Shown: positions 54,188 through 64,000 of the stretch, piece after piece
Layout: every line of letters starts with the position of its first letter
How positions within the stretch are numbered: the stretch's first letter is position 1
Assembly (NCBI GenBank): GCA_043811535.1
Contig: JBDRNC010000028.1
Location: 134,821 to 198,820, forward strand
Direction of reading: 5' to 3'
Source of the DNA: Elusimicrobiota bacterium
GTDB lineage: Bacteria; Elusimicrobiota; Endomicrobiia; Endomicrobiales; JBDRNC01
DNA: 64,000 nt
Position numbers and translations under genes: made by a program
Notes under the pieces: model-generated
What the model was told of the DNA's origin: nothing
What the model saw: the letters and a program-made list of their open reading frames with translations, nothing else
Database searches by the model: none

Positions 54188-56731
54188 GTGGATAAATTGC
54201 CTTTGTTTTCAGGTGGTTTTGAGAGTTTGACGCTTGCCGGCGCCATTTTAATGGTTGCCGGTCTTTTTGTGTGCGTCTCAGCCGAGGTCCAGATATATAA
54301 GGATCCCGCGGCGCCTATAGACAAAAGAATAGACGATTTAATGAAGCGCATGACGCTTGAAGAAAAACTGGACGAAATACACGGCTTGAATTTCATGGAC
54401 GGGCGGGAAAACAAACGCCTCGGGATACCCCCTCTGATGTTTACGGACGGCCCTCACGGCGTACGCGAAAACTTCGGCAGGAACACGTGTTTCCCTACGC
54501 TTATTTCGGCAGGAGCGACTTGGAACGACGATCTCATATATAAGTTCGGACAGGCGCTCGGAGAAGAAGTGCGCGGCAGAGGCAGGAACGTCATATTGGG
54601 CCCCTGCATTAATATCCATAGGACACCGCTTGGGGGTAGGAACTTTGAGAGCATGGCCGAGGACCCGTACCTTATCTCAAGACTGGTTGTCGCCTACGTC
54701 AAGGGTGTTCAGAGCAAGAAGGTAGGCACATCCACCAAGCATTTCGCGGTGAATAACCAGGAACAGTGGCGCGCGGACATCAGCGTTGAGATAGACGAGC
54801 GCGCGCTTAGGGAAATATACCTTCCGGGCTTTGAAGCGTCGGTGAAAGAAGCTCATACTACCACGATGATGGCCGCATACAATATGATAAACGGCGATTA
54901 CTGCTGCGAAAACAGGCACTTGTTGATAGATATCGCGAAGAACGATTGGGGTTTCAAGGACTTCATTCTCTCCGACTGGTGGGCGATCAAGAATAATATC
55001 AAGGCCGCGAATTCCGGATGCGACATGGAAATGCCGGGTGATACCGGTCACCAGTTTGAAAGGGAAGCCATCCTTCCGGCTATCAGGGACGGGAGGATAA
55101 CCGAGGCCACCATAAACGATAAAGTCCGCAGGATACTGCGCGTCAAGTTCGAACTCGGATTGTTCGACGGGGTTGAGAAACAGTTCCCCGGCTCGGTAAA
55201 CACGAAAGAACATCAGGACATAGCGCGCAATATCGCCGAAGAAGCGATAGTCCTGCTCAAGAATACCGGAAACGTCCTGCCGCTTAAAAAAGACGGCATC
55301 AAAACGCTTGCCGTGATAGGGCCCAACGCCGTGGACGGGCGCGCCGGCGGCGGCGGCAGTTCAACCGTAACCCCTCCTTACATAGTCGGTCCGCTTGAAG
55401 GCATAAAGAAAGCGGCGGGCGGGAAGTTTGAGGTGAAAGTCGCGAAAGGATGCCTGATGGAAGGCGACATAGACGCCGTCCTTTCATCGTCGCTTAAGAC
55501 ACCGGACGGCAAGTCCGGGCTGAAGGCCGAGTATTTCGACAACTTCTCGCTTAACGGCTCCCCTAAAGTGATAAGAACCGATGAAAACGTTAATTTTGAA
55601 TGGGGCGGCGGCGGGCCCGGCGAGGGCATCGGATCGGACAATTTCTCGGTGAGATGGACGGGCAAATTAATGCCCAAGGAATCCGGCACCTACAACATGA
55701 CGCTGCTCAGCGACGACGGGAGCCGGATGTATGTGGACGGCAATATTTTGATAAACAGCTGGAGCGACCACGCCTCCGAGGCGAAATCCAACACAATATA
55801 CCTTGAAAAAGGGAAAGAATACAACATAAAGATAGAGTATTATGAAAAGGGCGGCGACGCGGTCATGAAGTTCGGATGGACCGCGCCCGGCAGCGGCATG
55901 GTGGCCGAAGCGGCCGAGCTCGCGAAGAAATGCGACGCGGCGGTGGTTTTCGCCGGATTGAATAAGCAGATAGAGGGCGAAGGTTACGATAAAAAGGATA
56001 TATTCATGCCCAGAGGGCAGGACGAGTTGATATTGGCGATTCTCGCCGCGAACCCGAACACGATAGTGGTGCTGATAAACGGGACGCCGCTGGACATGAG
56101 GAAATGGGCCGACAAGGTACCGGCGATACTTGAGGCATGGTATCCGGGACAAGAAGGCGGAACCGCGATCGCGAATATACTTTTCGGCGACGTCAACCCT
56201 TCGGGAAAACTGCCGGACACGTTCCCCAAGAAGCTGGAAGACAATCCCTCGTACGCCAATTATCCCGGCGGCAACGGCAAGGTGTATTATAAGGAAGGGG
56301 TATTCGTCGGGTACAGGCATTACGACAAGAACAACATAGAGCCGATGTTCCCGTTCGGGCACGGCCTGTCTTACACGACGTTCGAATATTCGGGCATTGC
56401 GGTTACGGCTCCCGAAACCAAAGACGGCAATTACAAGGTAAGCGTCAGCGTCAAGAACACGGGTTCAAGGGAAGGCAAGGAAGTGGTTCAGCTGTACCTG
56501 AGCGACAAGGTCAGTTCGGTCCCGAGGCCGCCGAAGGAATTGAAGGGCTTCAAGAAGATTTCACTTAAGCCCGGAGAGACGAAAGCAGTCGTGTTTGAAT
56601 TGAACAAGAGAGCTTTCTCGTTCTACGACGCGGGGAAGAGAAACTGGGTGGCTGAACCCGGCGAGTTTGAAGCGCTGGTAGGAAGCTCTTCCAGGGACAT
56701 AAGGCAGAAAGCGACGATTAATCTGAAGTAA
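54188..56731 (+). CDS. Secreted GH3 beta-glucosidase with PA14 and FN3-like domains
   Basis: DGPHG, GGRNFES..EDP, KHFAVN, LSDW, FPFGHGLSYT. Confidence 0.95.
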   Translation: MDKLPLFSGGFESLTLAGAILMVAGLFVCVSAEVQIYKDPAAPIDKRIDDLMKRMTLEEKLDEIHGLNFMDGRENKRLGIPPLMFTDGPHGVRENFGRNTCFPTLISAGATWNDDLIYKFGQALGEEVRGRGRNVILGPCINIHRTPLGGRNFESMAEDPYLISRLVVAYVKGVQSKKVGTSTKHFAVNNQEQWRADISVEIDERALREIYLPGFEASVKEAHTTTMMAAYNMINGDYCCENRHLLIDIAKNDWGFKDFILSDWWAIKNNIKAANSGCDMEMPGDTGHQFEREAILPAIRDGRITEATINDKVRRILRVKFELGLFDGVEKQFPGSVNTKEHQDIARNIAEEAIVLLKNTGNVLPLKKDGIKTLAVIGPNAVDGRAGGGGSSTVTPPYIVGPLEGIKKAAGGKFEVKVAKGCLMEGDIDAVLSSSLKTPDGKSGLKAEYFDNFSLNGSPKVIRTDENVNFEWGGGGPGEGIGSDNFSVRWTGKLMPKESGTYNMTLLSDDGSRMYVDGNILINSWSDHASEAKSNTIYLEKGKEYNIKIEYYEKGGDAVMKFGWTAPGSGMVAEAAELAKKCDAAVVFAGLNKQIEGEGYDKKDIFMPRGQDELILAILAANPNTIVVLINGTPLDMRKWADKVPAILEAWYPGQEGGTAIANILFGDVNPSGKLPDTFPKKLEDNPSYANYPGGNGKVYYKEGVFVGYRHYDKNNIEPMFPFGHGLSYTTFEYSGIAVTAPETKDGNYKVSVSVKNTGSREGKEVVQLYLSDKVSSVPRPPKELKGFKKISLKPGETKAVVFELNKRAFSFYDAGKRNWVAEPGEFEALVGSSSRDIRQKATINLK

Positions 56732-56825
56732 TACATATTCCCTCCCCCTTGACGGGGGAGGATTAAGGTGGGGGTGACCCCCCATCCCAGCCTTCCCCCG
56801 CAAGGGGGGAAGGAGTAGCAAATAT

Positions 56826-56867
56826 AAATCCCCCTCTTTCTATCAATAACAGAAAGAGGGGGATTTT
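56826..56867. terminator. Intrinsic terminator
   Basis: AAATCCCCCTCTTTCT ... AGAAAGAGGGGGATTTT. Confidence 0.7.
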
Positions 56868-57077
56868 AATTGCTTGTCATTACGAGTCCCGATTTCATCG
56901 GGACGAAGCAATCTGACCCTTTTGGGTCACTGCGAGGTCACTTTAGTGACCGTGGCAGTCTCTGTCTCTGGGATCACCACGGAGCCCTAAAGGGCTCCTC
57001 GTGATGACACTTCGTGTCATATCGCCACGGCTTTCAGCCTCGCGATGACACCCAAATATGTAACATCATAAGGTGTG

Positions 57078-59435
57078 TCATTTCGGCTGTATTATCTTCA
57101 GTTCATCAAACCAGACCTTGCCGGTGACGCCGTCCGGAGAGCCGTCCGAGGTTATTGCCAGCTGGATCTGCGAGGCTTTTTCGGGGCTTTCTTTTTTAGC
57201 CCCGCCCCAGGCGTAATCAAGTTCCAGGCACTCGACCTCGATCCCATACCACTTGGAATCATCTATCTCGTCTTTCAGCACCTTCATGAACGTGGCGCCG
57301 GACGGATCCAGTATTTTCACCTGCAGGTGGGCCGGGCCGCCCTCGCTTTTCATGTTAAAGACTATTTTTGTAGCGTCACTAACGGGAAAATTGGCGTCGC
57401 GGGAAAGGTTTATCCAGCCGCCCTTGGCGGGTATGCTGAAAGAATACCCGATGCAGTTCCCTTTAATGCCTTTATCCGCGAATGCCGAGGCTTTTGAGCT
57501 CCCGTCATCCATCATTGACCACTGGCCGGGATCGTCCATCGAGTCAAGCGTCCCGTCCTTTGCAATGATAATTCCCTGAGCGGCCCTGAGTTTAAGCGCG
57601 TGTTCACGTATTTTCTCTTTCGGAAGCGACAAGAACGATATCTCCTTTAGCTCAACGGTTTTGAGCGTCACGGGCCCGATGCCGATATCCTGACCTTCAG
57701 ACCTGTCGTGCCACATAGCGGTCCAGTCCATCCGCGGGTTCGGGCTTCCGAAGTTAAAACCATCTCTCCCCAGCATGAAAGAGCGGAAAGGTATGATTAT
57801 TTCCGACCATTCGTCCGTCACATGGACCGGCAGGTACCCGCCTTCGCCGCCGAGATGCATTGTGACCATTATTCTGCACTGTTCATCGCCCTTCATCACG
57901 AGTTTCAGCGCGTTATAATCGGTAAGATCAACGCCTGCCAAGCCTTCCGTGACGCGGCTGACGCGTTCGTTCAAATTGTCGAACGATATAACTGCCGCGC
58001 CTTTTTTTAATATCAGCGACGACCCGGACTCCTTTCTCTGCCCGCCTAAATTATTTAAATCGCCGCTGAAATCGTCAACTAGAAGCGGTTTGGGGCGCGG
58101 CGTTTTTTTCGCCGGGAGTTTGGGACCGGCAAGATCGCGTTTCTTATATATCTCAAGATATTCCTTCTTTGGATTATTGTAATCATCCAGGGAGCCGACA
58201 CAGCGCCGTATTTTTTTGTTCCGCATGAAATACTTCCAGACCGCGCCGTTGTACAAGTAATTGGCAAGGGACAAAAAAACAATGTTTTGGTCCAATCCGG
58301 GAAGAAGATGCTCCGGTGCTTCGAGCGTGTCAACATCTATGGAATCCCGCAGGCCGAAATCAACCTGTTCGCCGGATTCAACAGTCACCGGTTTTCTTAT
58401 GCCGAGTTTTTCCATCGCCTTGAAGGCCTTTACAACCTGGTTGGGATAATAGATGACCTGCGCGGCGACGGCGTGCGTGTTTATCCTGGACCAGATCTTT
58501 CTCTTGTCAGTTCCCCATCCGAGATACCCGTCCATGTCCAAGCAGGATGACCATCCCCATGAAGAAAATTCCATATCCTCGGCGTAGCATATCTGACCCC
58601 AGCCAAGATTGGCGCATGACATCCCGTAAATAGAACCGCGCTCATCCAGATAATATCCCATGGACATGGGCTGCTCGCCGTAACCCATCGCCTCGCCGCC
58701 CTTCATGTATTTGACACCGTAGCGTTCAATGTAATGTTTTTCCATGTTCGCCCAGAGTTCCGGAGGCGCGCCGCTTAACGCCATTATCAGGAATGTGAAG
58801 GTCCGGATATCGCCCTGAACGTCGTGTATCGGGTAAAGCGCTTTCGCGCTTCCGTCCGGACCGAACTTGAGAAGGCCGTATATCCTGTTTTCCTTGTATA
58901 CAACGCTCCAATCTATGTCTTTCACGAGCCTGTCCGTGCGTTTCTTGAACTGCGGATATGCCTCACCCACCGTTATAAGCGCGCAGTAAATCCAGCCGCA
59001 ATCCGCGGTGCTGTATTCCGGATATGACTTGTCGAAAGAACCGTCCGCGGGGCAGTAAGCGCTCATGTAAAGACCGCGGTTTCTTTTCATCTTTTCCATG
59101 GTTGAAAGCGTTTTGTCTATCTCTTTCGCGGCTTGTTCTTCAGAAATCAGGCCTATCTTGCCGCCGATCGCGATAGAGGTAAGCATGAGAAAATGGTGCT
59201 CCGCCTTCTGGAGTTCGCGGGGGTCGGGATTTTCCGGACGGTCCGTGCAAAGGCCGGTATTAGGATTGCGGTAATACATTATGGAGCGGAAAGTATCTTT
59301 AAGTATCCCGCGCAGGTACTCGGTGTCCTCGGGCGAGGTGGTGATCTCTATCGGAAGCGGGGTCTTGGGCCACTCGGCAAAGACGGCAAGATATGTGGTT
59401 GGCAACAACAGCAGCGATAAAATGAGCCTTCTCAC
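57078..59435 (-). CDS. Secreted GH144/glucoamylase-family-like (alpha/alpha)6 protein with two CBM11/CIA30-like domains
   Basis: STADCG, WGWSSC, FGLRDS.D, LDQ..VFLSLANYL..G.VWKYF; LLVDDF...NNLGG; V.FDELK. Confidence 0.6.
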   Translation of the reverse strand: MRRLILSLLLLPTTYLAVFAEWPKTPLPIEITTSPEDTEYLRGILKDTFRSIMYYRNPNTGLCTDRPENPDPRELQKAEHHFLMLTSIAIGGKIGLISEEQAAKEIDKTLSTMEKMKRNRGLYMSAYCPADGSFDKSYPEYSTADCGWIYCALITVGEAYPQFKKRTDRLVKDIDWSVVYKENRIYGLLKFGPDGSAKALYPIHDVQGDIRTFTFLIMALSGAPPELWANMEKHYIERYGVKYMKGGEAMGYGEQPMSMGYYLDERGSIYGMSCANLGWGQICYAEDMEFSSWGWSSCLDMDGYLGWGTDKRKIWSRINTHAVAAQVIYYPNQVVKAFKAMEKLGIRKPVTVESGEQVDFGLRDSIDVDTLEAPEHLLPGLDQNIVFLSLANYLYNGAVWKYFMRNKKIRRCVGSLDDYNNPKKEYLEIYKKRDLAGPKLPAKKTPRPKPLLVDDFSGDLNNLGGQRKESGSSLILKKGAAVISFDNLNERVSRVTEGLAGVDLTDYNALKLVMKGDEQCRIMVTMHLGGEGGYLPVHVTDEWSEIIIPFRSFMLGRDGFNFGSPNPRMDWTAMWHDRSEGQDIGIGPVTLKTVELKEISFLSLPKEKIREHALKLRAAQGIIIAKDGTLDSMDDPGQWSMMDDGSSKASAFADKGIKGNCIGYSFSIPAKGGWINLSRDANFPVSDATKIVFNMKSEGGPAHLQVKILDPSGATFMKVLKDEIDDSKWYGIEVECLELDYAWGGAKKESPEKASQIQLAITSDGSPDGVTGKVWFDELKIIQPK

Positions 59436-59452
59436 GTTGCCTCCCTGCGGAA

Positions 59453-61369
59453 TTATTTTAGGCTGTTCAATCCGATCTCCCGGGCAACCCGGTCTATCTC
59501 CTTGCGGCTAAGTCCGATAAAAGATATTCCCGTAGTCTCGAATGTTGTCGTAGTATTGGGATAAAAATTAAGTTCTTCGCCGGTTGAACGGACTTCCCAC
59601 ATAGCGAGCCTGTCCACGGGAGGATTCGGGCCGAACATTTCGCCCAAAGGCACTTTTTCTGACAGGAAAGTCCTTAGGGGGATTATGATATCCTTCCAGT
59701 CATGTCCGATATACACGTCTTTTATGCCGCTTGTTCCGGAAATCTTCAAATGTATATTTATCTTTCCGGGGACATCGCTCCGCGCCCGCAGTTTCAGGGC
59801 GTTGAATTCGCTTACTTTTACATTATTAAGGCTTTCAAGAAAATAGCAGATCCCAGGGTTATCAGAATTAAAAGTAAATGTAACGGCGCCGTCCTTCACC
59901 TGAAAATCTATGTATTGCGATTTTATGGAGCCGCCAACGCTATTAACGTCATCCATTTGAAAGTCGTCAATTAACAGGATTTTACCGGAAACTACCGTTG
60001 AAGCTGGAAGCAAAGGACCTTCGATGTCGCGCTTATGGTACAGGTCCAGATATTCCAGCTTCGGATTAGCGTAATCCTTGATAAGCCGCAAACCATTTTG
60101 CACGCTTTTGTTCTTCTGGAAATATCTCCACACAACTCCGTCGTGCAGGTAATTCGCGAGTGAAAGGAAAAGTATGGATTGGTCAAGGCCTACTATGAGG
60201 TCATTCGATACTTTTCCGGTATCAATGTCCATAGAGTCCATGAAGCCGAAATCATGTTCACCTTTGCTATCTACGAAGGGTTTGCGCATGCCGAGTTTCT
60301 CCAGTGTACGAAAGGCCTTAACGACCTGGTTGGGATACATAATAACCGCCGCGCCCAGCCCGTGCGAGTTTATGACCGACCAGTTGGTTCCGGGCATGCC
60401 GAAACCCATGTACGTGTATTTGTGATCGGGATCTACGCAGCTTGACCATCCCCAGACGGGAAAGCCCATGTCCTGCGCGTAACACATCTGTCCCCATACC
60501 ATGTTTGCATTTGACAAACCGAAATCCGAACCGCGCTCGTCAAGAAAATAGGTCATCGCCCATGCCTGTTCGCTGTATCCGACCGCTTCGCCGGGTTTCA
60601 GGTATTTTGCGCCATACCTTTCTATATAATATTTCTTTAAATTATCCCAGGCGCTGACCGGCACGCCTCCGGATGCGACTGCCATGAAAAGGCCCACCCT
60701 GCAGTCGGCGCCGATCGAGACAATGGCATCCTTGCCGGTTGCAGTTCCGTCAGGCAGCATCAAGACACTACCGTACATCCCGTCCTTTTTTTTATCGTAC
60801 ATCCTGCCCCATTTAACCTTTGCCAGCAGTTTATCGATGCGGGGTTTCAGTTCGGGATAGGCTTCGCCCACTACCGCTAGGGCACAGTAGATAAATCCCA
60901 TGTCGGATACTACGTACTGGTTCCAGTACCAGTCGCCATCGCCCTCTTTCGGCCGAATTCCGCCGGCGTGGGCATACCCGTTCCAGAAGAATCCGTCGTT
61001 GGTTTGTAATTTTTCAATGTACGATAGCGTCTTTTCGACTTCCCCCAATGCCTCGTTTTCGGGTATCATCCCTATTTTTCCGGCAATCGCGATAGAAAGC
61101 CAGGAATTGAATATACATTCGGAGTGCGTCCACCCGTAAGGAGAAGGAATTCCCGGGTACGCGAATCCCGTCACAGGATGGCGCCCGTACAAAATGGAAT
61201 CAAGGGCGCCTTTCATCACCCCGCGCAGGTATTCGGTGTCTTCGGGCGACGTGGTTATCTCAACGGGAAGCGGGGTCTTGGGCCACTCGGCAAAGACTGC
61301 AAAACAGAGAAAGGAAAATAGAGAAAAGAGAACAACAGCGGCAAAAACGGAAAAAAGAATCTTCTTCAT
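59453..61369 (-). CDS. Paralog: GH144-like protein with one CBM-like domain
   Basis: Same motifs (WGWSSC, FGFMDS, LDQSILFLSLANYL). Confidence 0.6.
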   Translation of the reverse strand: MKKILFSVFAAVVLFSLFSFLCFAVFAEWPKTPLPVEITTSPEDTEYLRGVMKGALDSILYGRHPVTGFAYPGIPSPYGWTHSECIFNSWLSIAIAGKIGMIPENEALGEVEKTLSYIEKLQTNDGFFWNGYAHAGGIRPKEGDGDWYWNQYVVSDMGFIYCALAVVGEAYPELKPRIDKLLAKVKWGRMYDKKKDGMYGSVLMLPDGTATGKDAIVSIGADCRVGLFMAVASGGVPVSAWDNLKKYYIERYGAKYLKPGEAVGYSEQAWAMTYFLDERGSDFGLSNANMVWGQMCYAQDMGFPVWGWSSCVDPDHKYTYMGFGMPGTNWSVINSHGLGAAVIMYPNQVVKAFRTLEKLGMRKPFVDSKGEHDFGFMDSMDIDTGKVSNDLIVGLDQSILFLSLANYLHDGVVWRYFQKNKSVQNGLRLIKDYANPKLEYLDLYHKRDIEGPLLPASTVVSGKILLIDDFQMDDVNSVGGSIKSQYIDFQVKDGAVTFTFNSDNPGICYFLESLNNVKVSEFNALKLRARSDVPGKINIHLKISGTSGIKDVYIGHDWKDIIIPLRTFLSEKVPLGEMFGPNPPVDRLAMWEVRSTGEELNFYPNTTTTFETTGISFIGLSRKEIDRVAREIGLNSLK

Positions 61370-61381
61370 ATTGCTCCGATA

Positions 61382-63766
61382 TTAATTGAATCTCAGCTCA
61401 TCGAAATAGACACGGCCCCTTGACGCCCCATTGGAAAATATTGTGAATTCAAACTGCGTGGATTTTTCGATCATGTCCTTTTTTTCACCGCCCCATCCGT
61501 ATTTGAATGCGTCAACCGGCGCTTCTACGGTAGTCCAGCCGGTTTTAGAAAGCGCGCCGGGAAAGCTATGCACGAATATGGAGCCGCCCGGGTCGGTTAT
61601 TTTTACGTCCAGATTGGGATAAGAACCTTTGCCGGGACTGTTTTCGTTTTTGACCATGAAAGAAAAACCACGCTTGTCCTTGATGCTGAAAACGGCCGGC
61701 CGTATGAGGGCTATCCACCCGCCGCTGGAATTAAAATCGTAATCGCAGGCGATGCATTTCCCGTCAGCTCCTTCGGTTATGGAGATTCTCGCGGCGGCGT
61801 TAGGGCCGGCCGTAAGCAGGCGCCATTCGGACGTCGCGCTCATGTCGTCGAAAGTCCCTTTCTTGTCAAACAGAATGGTGGAGTTGTCTTCAATTTTAGC
61901 AGCGACGGCGTCAGTTTTATCTTTAGGAAGACTCAGGAAGGAAATTTCCTTTATTTCAATGTTCGCCGTGTTCACGGGATGAAAGGTTAATTCATCGGCG
62001 CGCGTGCGATTGTGCCACATTCCGGTCCATTTGTACACGACGTTCACGTTGCCGTAATCAAATCCGTCTTTGCCTCCAAGAAAAGACCTAAGCGGAATGA
62101 TGAATTCGCGCCACTCGGAAGTCAGCGTCAGGTAGCGGTACCCGCCTTCGCCCGAGATCCTGATAACGGTCAGCACCTTTCCGGGTTTGCGCGCCCGCAT
62201 GGTAAGTTTAAGGGCTTTGTGGCGGGAAAGATCCGTTCCGGCAAGAGATTCCTTGAAATAGCACTGTTTTTCGTTAAGCAGCGCAAAATTCAGCGAACAT
62301 GTTCCGCGGCGGATTTTCGCGCTTGAATTCAGAAAACCTCTCGCGCCGCCGAGGTCGTTTTTCTCGCCGTCCGTTTTGAACGCATCCACGACCACGGGAC
62401 TGTCCGCGGCGCCGGATTTTTCTATAGGCAAGACCGGCCCTTCGTTATCGCGTTTCTTATAAATTTCAAGATATTCAGTTTTTAGGTTATCGTAGCCGGG
62501 TATGAGCGCTATGCCGTTGCGCACGGTTTTGTTCTGTTGAAAATATTTCCATACGATGCCGTCGTGAAGGTAATTGGCCAGCGAAAGGAATATTATGGCC
62601 TGGTCCAGCCCGGGAATAATCCCGCCGGACGATACCTTTGTATCTATGTTTACCGCGCCCCTGAAACCGAAACGGCGCTTGGCGCCGTTAATATTTATAG
62701 GCTCCCTGCAGCCCATCCGTTCCAGCACACGCAGCGCTTTTGTTACCTGATTCGGGTAGTAAGGCGCCGCTGCCGCTATCGCGTGAGCGTTGACTACGGA
62801 CCAGTTGGTGTTAGGGTCGCCGAATCCCATGTAGCCCGGGGGTGCGAGGCAGTTCGACCAGCCCCAGACGGGATAATCCATGTCCTGCGCGTAGCATATC
62901 TGACCCCACGCCATGTTGGCGTTGGACATGCCTATCTCCGATCCGCGCTCGTCAAGGAAATACCCGAGGGCCCAGGTCTGCTCGCCGTATCCGAGCGCCT
63001 CGCCGGGTTTGAGATACCTGACGCCGTATCTCTCCTGGTAATACCTGGGCATCCTGGCCCACAGCTCCGCGGGCGCCGCTCCCGACGCAATTGAAAGAAA
63101 TATAGCCATCCGCATGTCCATCGCAAGGAAAAGCATCGAGCCATCGGCTCTTATGGAGCCGCCGGGTTTTATATAGAGCATTCCGCCGATGTATCCGGTG
63201 GAATTGTTGTAGATCTTGTCCCATCTTGTCGCATTTGCAAGCTTCAGCGCGCGTTTCCTGATTTTGGGATACGCCTCGCCCGCAACGATAAGCCCGCAGG
63301 GATTGAATCCGTAATCGGCGGTGGGATAGGACTTGTTCGGGCCGGCGGAAGCGTCAGCCGTGTGTATCATGTCCATGAAAAAACCGTCGGCTGTGGGTAT
63401 CTTTTCTATCCAGTCAAGCATCTTGAGCAGTTCTTTCTCGGCCTGCTGCTCCGGAATGAGCCCGGTCTTTCCGGCAATCGCGATGGAGGCAAATACCAGG
63501 AATATGTGTTCCCCTTTTATAATTTCCTGGTTATTCGGATTCTCAGGTATGTAGGAAGGGAAACCCGTGACGGGGTTCCTGTAATACAGGATGGAATCAA
63601 GGGTGTCCTTCATCACGCCGCGCAGGTATTCGGTGTCTTCGGGCGTCGTTGTGATCTCTATCGGAAGCGGGGTCTTGGGCCATTCGGCATATGCAGGGCA
63701 ATCTAAAATTGAAAATTGAAAAAATAAAATAGCAGCGGTAAAAACGGCGGAAAGGGACTTGTTCAT
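61382..63766 (-). CDS. Paralog: GH144-like protein with two CBM-like domains
   Basis: WGWSNC, LDQAIIFLSLANYL, VYFDELRF; GGAG before ATG 63766. Confidence 0.6.
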   Translation of the reverse strand: MNKSLSAVFTAAILFFQFSILDCPAYAEWPKTPLPIEITTTPEDTEYLRGVMKDTLDSILYYRNPVTGFPSYIPENPNNQEIIKGEHIFLVFASIAIAGKTGLIPEQQAEKELLKMLDWIEKIPTADGFFMDMIHTADASAGPNKSYPTADYGFNPCGLIVAGEAYPKIRKRALKLANATRWDKIYNNSTGYIGGMLYIKPGGSIRADGSMLFLAMDMRMAIFLSIASGAAPAELWARMPRYYQERYGVRYLKPGEALGYGEQTWALGYFLDERGSEIGMSNANMAWGQICYAQDMDYPVWGWSNCLAPPGYMGFGDPNTNWSVVNAHAIAAAAPYYPNQVTKALRVLERMGCREPININGAKRRFGFRGAVNIDTKVSSGGIIPGLDQAIIFLSLANYLHDGIVWKYFQQNKTVRNGIALIPGYDNLKTEYLEIYKKRDNEGPVLPIEKSGAADSPVVVDAFKTDGEKNDLGGARGFLNSSAKIRRGTCSLNFALLNEKQCYFKESLAGTDLSRHKALKLTMRARKPGKVLTVIRISGEGGYRYLTLTSEWREFIIPLRSFLGGKDGFDYGNVNVVYKWTGMWHNRTRADELTFHPVNTANIEIKEISFLSLPKDKTDAVAAKIEDNSTILFDKKGTFDDMSATSEWRLLTAGPNAAARISITEGADGKCIACDYDFNSSGGWIALIRPAVFSIKDKRGFSFMVKNENSPGKGSYPNLDVKITDPGGSIFVHSFPGALSKTGWTTVEAPVDAFKYGWGGEKKDMIEKSTQFEFTIFSNGASRGRVYFDELRFN

Positions 63767-64000
63767 GTATTCTCCAGGCAAAATTTATGATTAATTATAT
63801 CAACAACAAATCCCCCTGTTTCCCCGCCACTTCGGAAGTGAAATAAGGGGGATGAAGGGCACTACTGTCCCGATGTTTGAGAATTGCTCTTTGAAAAAGA
63901 GTTGTAAATACAATGTATTCTTAATCCAAGAAAGTTTTGAGGGTTCGAACTCAATTTTCATTTATGCCATACTGTAACAGATATTAGATATCTGGAGGTA

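Noticed and set aside
63800..64000. Short minus-strand ORF starting MKIEFEPSK
   Set aside because: It runs into a hairpin repeat and sits at the window edge, so there is too little evidence.

Overview
Bacterial chromosomal window, mostly of moderate GC, with a visibly AT-rich segment at about 39.7-48.8 kb. The PorV-like gene and NYPNPF-type C-terminal sorting domain suggest an Elusimicrobiota- or FCB-like diderm, but that is inference only. Left to right: tRNA-Glu(CTC) embedded in duplications of its own ends; a CDF transporter; rtcB-serS; GIDE/LemA; assorted genes; exbB/exbD. The main find is a candidate new RiPP system at 12.3-23.8 kb. It has a stand-alone PqqD/RRE gene and a 56-aa precursor missing from the ORF track (12672-12842), with a lasso-type YxxP leader and 17 Tyr in its last 28 residues, punctuated by four YSL repeats. 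These converge on a 10-gene operon: four intact radical SAM enzymes (one B12-dependent, with a probable CTG start), two radical-SAM-like proteins lacking CxxxCxxC, a lasso-B2-type peptidase, an ABC exporter, a nucleotidyltransferase and an HPr-kinase-like kinase. No lasso cyclase is present in the window and the core has no Asp/Glu. Next come a large two-component signalling block with a PorV-like protein and a Kelch/Ig surface protein; an AT-rich operon of type II PKS-like parts (KS-alpha-like ketosynthase, two cyclases, two ICMT-family methyltransferases, B12 radical SAM) ending in a membrane hybrid kinase; an HD-GYP regulator; tRNA-Ser(TGA); and a glycan locus (two GH3 beta-glucosidases with LacI-type operators and three tandem GH144-like paralogs). 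Intergenic regions carry several families of short palindromic repeats. All calls come from reading motifs by eye; no searches were run.
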